A DNA stretch of 64,000 nucleotides, taken from the NCBI GenBank assembly GCA_043228905.1, contig JBHGNT010000008.1, forward strand, positions 4,340,001 to 4,404,000, read 5' to 3'. Shown in pieces: positions 63,060 to 64,000 of this stretch (its first letter is position 1; each line of letters opens with the position of its first letter). Source of the DNA: Azolla caroliniana. Its lineage: Eukaryota; Plantae; Polypodiophyta. A program made the translations under genes and the position numbers. Under the pieces are notes generated by a model. The model made no database searches. It saw nothing but the letters and a program-made list of their open reading frames with translations, and was not told the DNA's origin.

Positions 63060-63510
63060 TACTTAATGTTGATCTTTATAGTTGGAACGAATGATGACAA
63101 CACAAGCATAACTCAGGTAACAAGGAAACTTGCAAGAAGTCAAGGTGAGGATATTAATAGCTACACATGTAGATGGCCATGACCTAGGGTACCAATTCTG
63201 CATTGGTAAAGTTTTGGACGTGATGATGCATAAAACCTTTGTAATACATCTATCATTGACATTAATGAGGTGGATATCATTATGTATGACTTTACACAAA
63301 TAAAAGTTGGATGTATAAGGACAACAACGATATGCATAATAAAAGAGATATTAGCAAGTCTAGAAGATATCTTAGATTGAAGACGAAGAAGATTTATTGC
63401 ACAAAATTTGGAGATACCATTTGGTGAAGACAATGATTTGATTGGTACATTAGAAGATGAGGAGGAAGAGTCACAATTGTATATTATCTATAGTAGTGAT
63501 TATCATGAAA
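63060..63510 (+). pseudogene. Transposase C-terminal remnant
   Basis: QGNLQEVKVRILIATHVDGHDLGYQFCIGKVL, EVDIIMYDFT and DNDLIGTLEDEEEESQLYIIYSSD align with the C-terminus of the 926-aa transposase. Confidence 0.85.
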
Positions 63511-64000
63511 AGAATGATGATAGTCATGCAAATAACTCCCAAATGTATTTGTTGTGCAACTATATGTAACAAATTTAGACAACATTTTATCGAATGAAAT
63601 AAAAACGTTCATTGTTTTGAAATATTCTACTTTGATTTCTTTAAGATCTAAAAACTTATTAGTTGTCATTTTTCTTTAAAAATCCACAAAGTTACTTTTC
63701 ATATTTTACCCAAATTTGGCATTTTTCAATTTTACCAAATGGTGAAATTTTCAACTTTTTCATCAAGTTTTGGAGAACATGTGATACTAGTATCAAGATG
63801 TTTTGTGAAATGGCAAAAAAAACCCCAAAATCAAACAGAATATTCCTTATCCTTCCACTTGTGGGCGATCCTTCCACTTGTGAACGCAAACGTGTTTGTC
63901 CTCTTCAAGCAACACTTGGTCCGTATTGGGGAGACGACTAAACATCTGGTCGAATTCGTCGTACACCCTCGAGACGCTCATCTTCTTATTCTTCTTCTCT

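Larger units (their letters stand above)
58520..63896. mobile_element. Non-autonomous, internally deleted member of the Sola-methyltransferase family, inserted in the Gypsy gag; TSD TGTC
   Basis: TIRs AACACCTTTGCATTCACAAGTGGAAGGATTGCGCAT and GCGATCCTTCCACTTGTGAACGCAAACGTGTT. TGTC at 58516-58519 and 63897-63900. Orientation is opposite to 11418-20334. Confidence 0.9.

Overview
Eukaryotic, AT-rich, almost entirely transposon-derived DNA, probably from a non-seed land plant (moss, liverwort or fern type; inferred from the element families). No host gene is recognisable. Most of the window is nested Ty1/Copia and Ty3/Gypsy LTR elements, solo LTRs and decayed LINEs, several with readable target-site duplications (TSDs). 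The outstanding feature is an 8.9-kb cut-and-paste DNA transposon (11418-20334) with ~36-bp terminal inverted repeats (TIRs) and an ATAT TSD. It encodes an intact 926-aa Sola-like DDD transposase and, divergently, an intron-containing gene for a ParB/Srx-like domain fused to a prokaryote-type beta-class N6A/N4C DNA methyltransferase. That gene's first intron holds three palindromes (core GAACTCGATACG-S-CGTATCGAGTTC) spaced exactly 51 bp apart. Two more family members lie in the window. One is a decayed, truncated copy with the same methyltransferase introns (27400-29460). The other is an internally deleted copy (58520-63896, TSD TGTC) in which the same 51-bp-spaced palindromes are amplified in a ~332-bp tandem array, together with a tRNA-like retrotransposon LTR end, between ~570-bp inverted arms.
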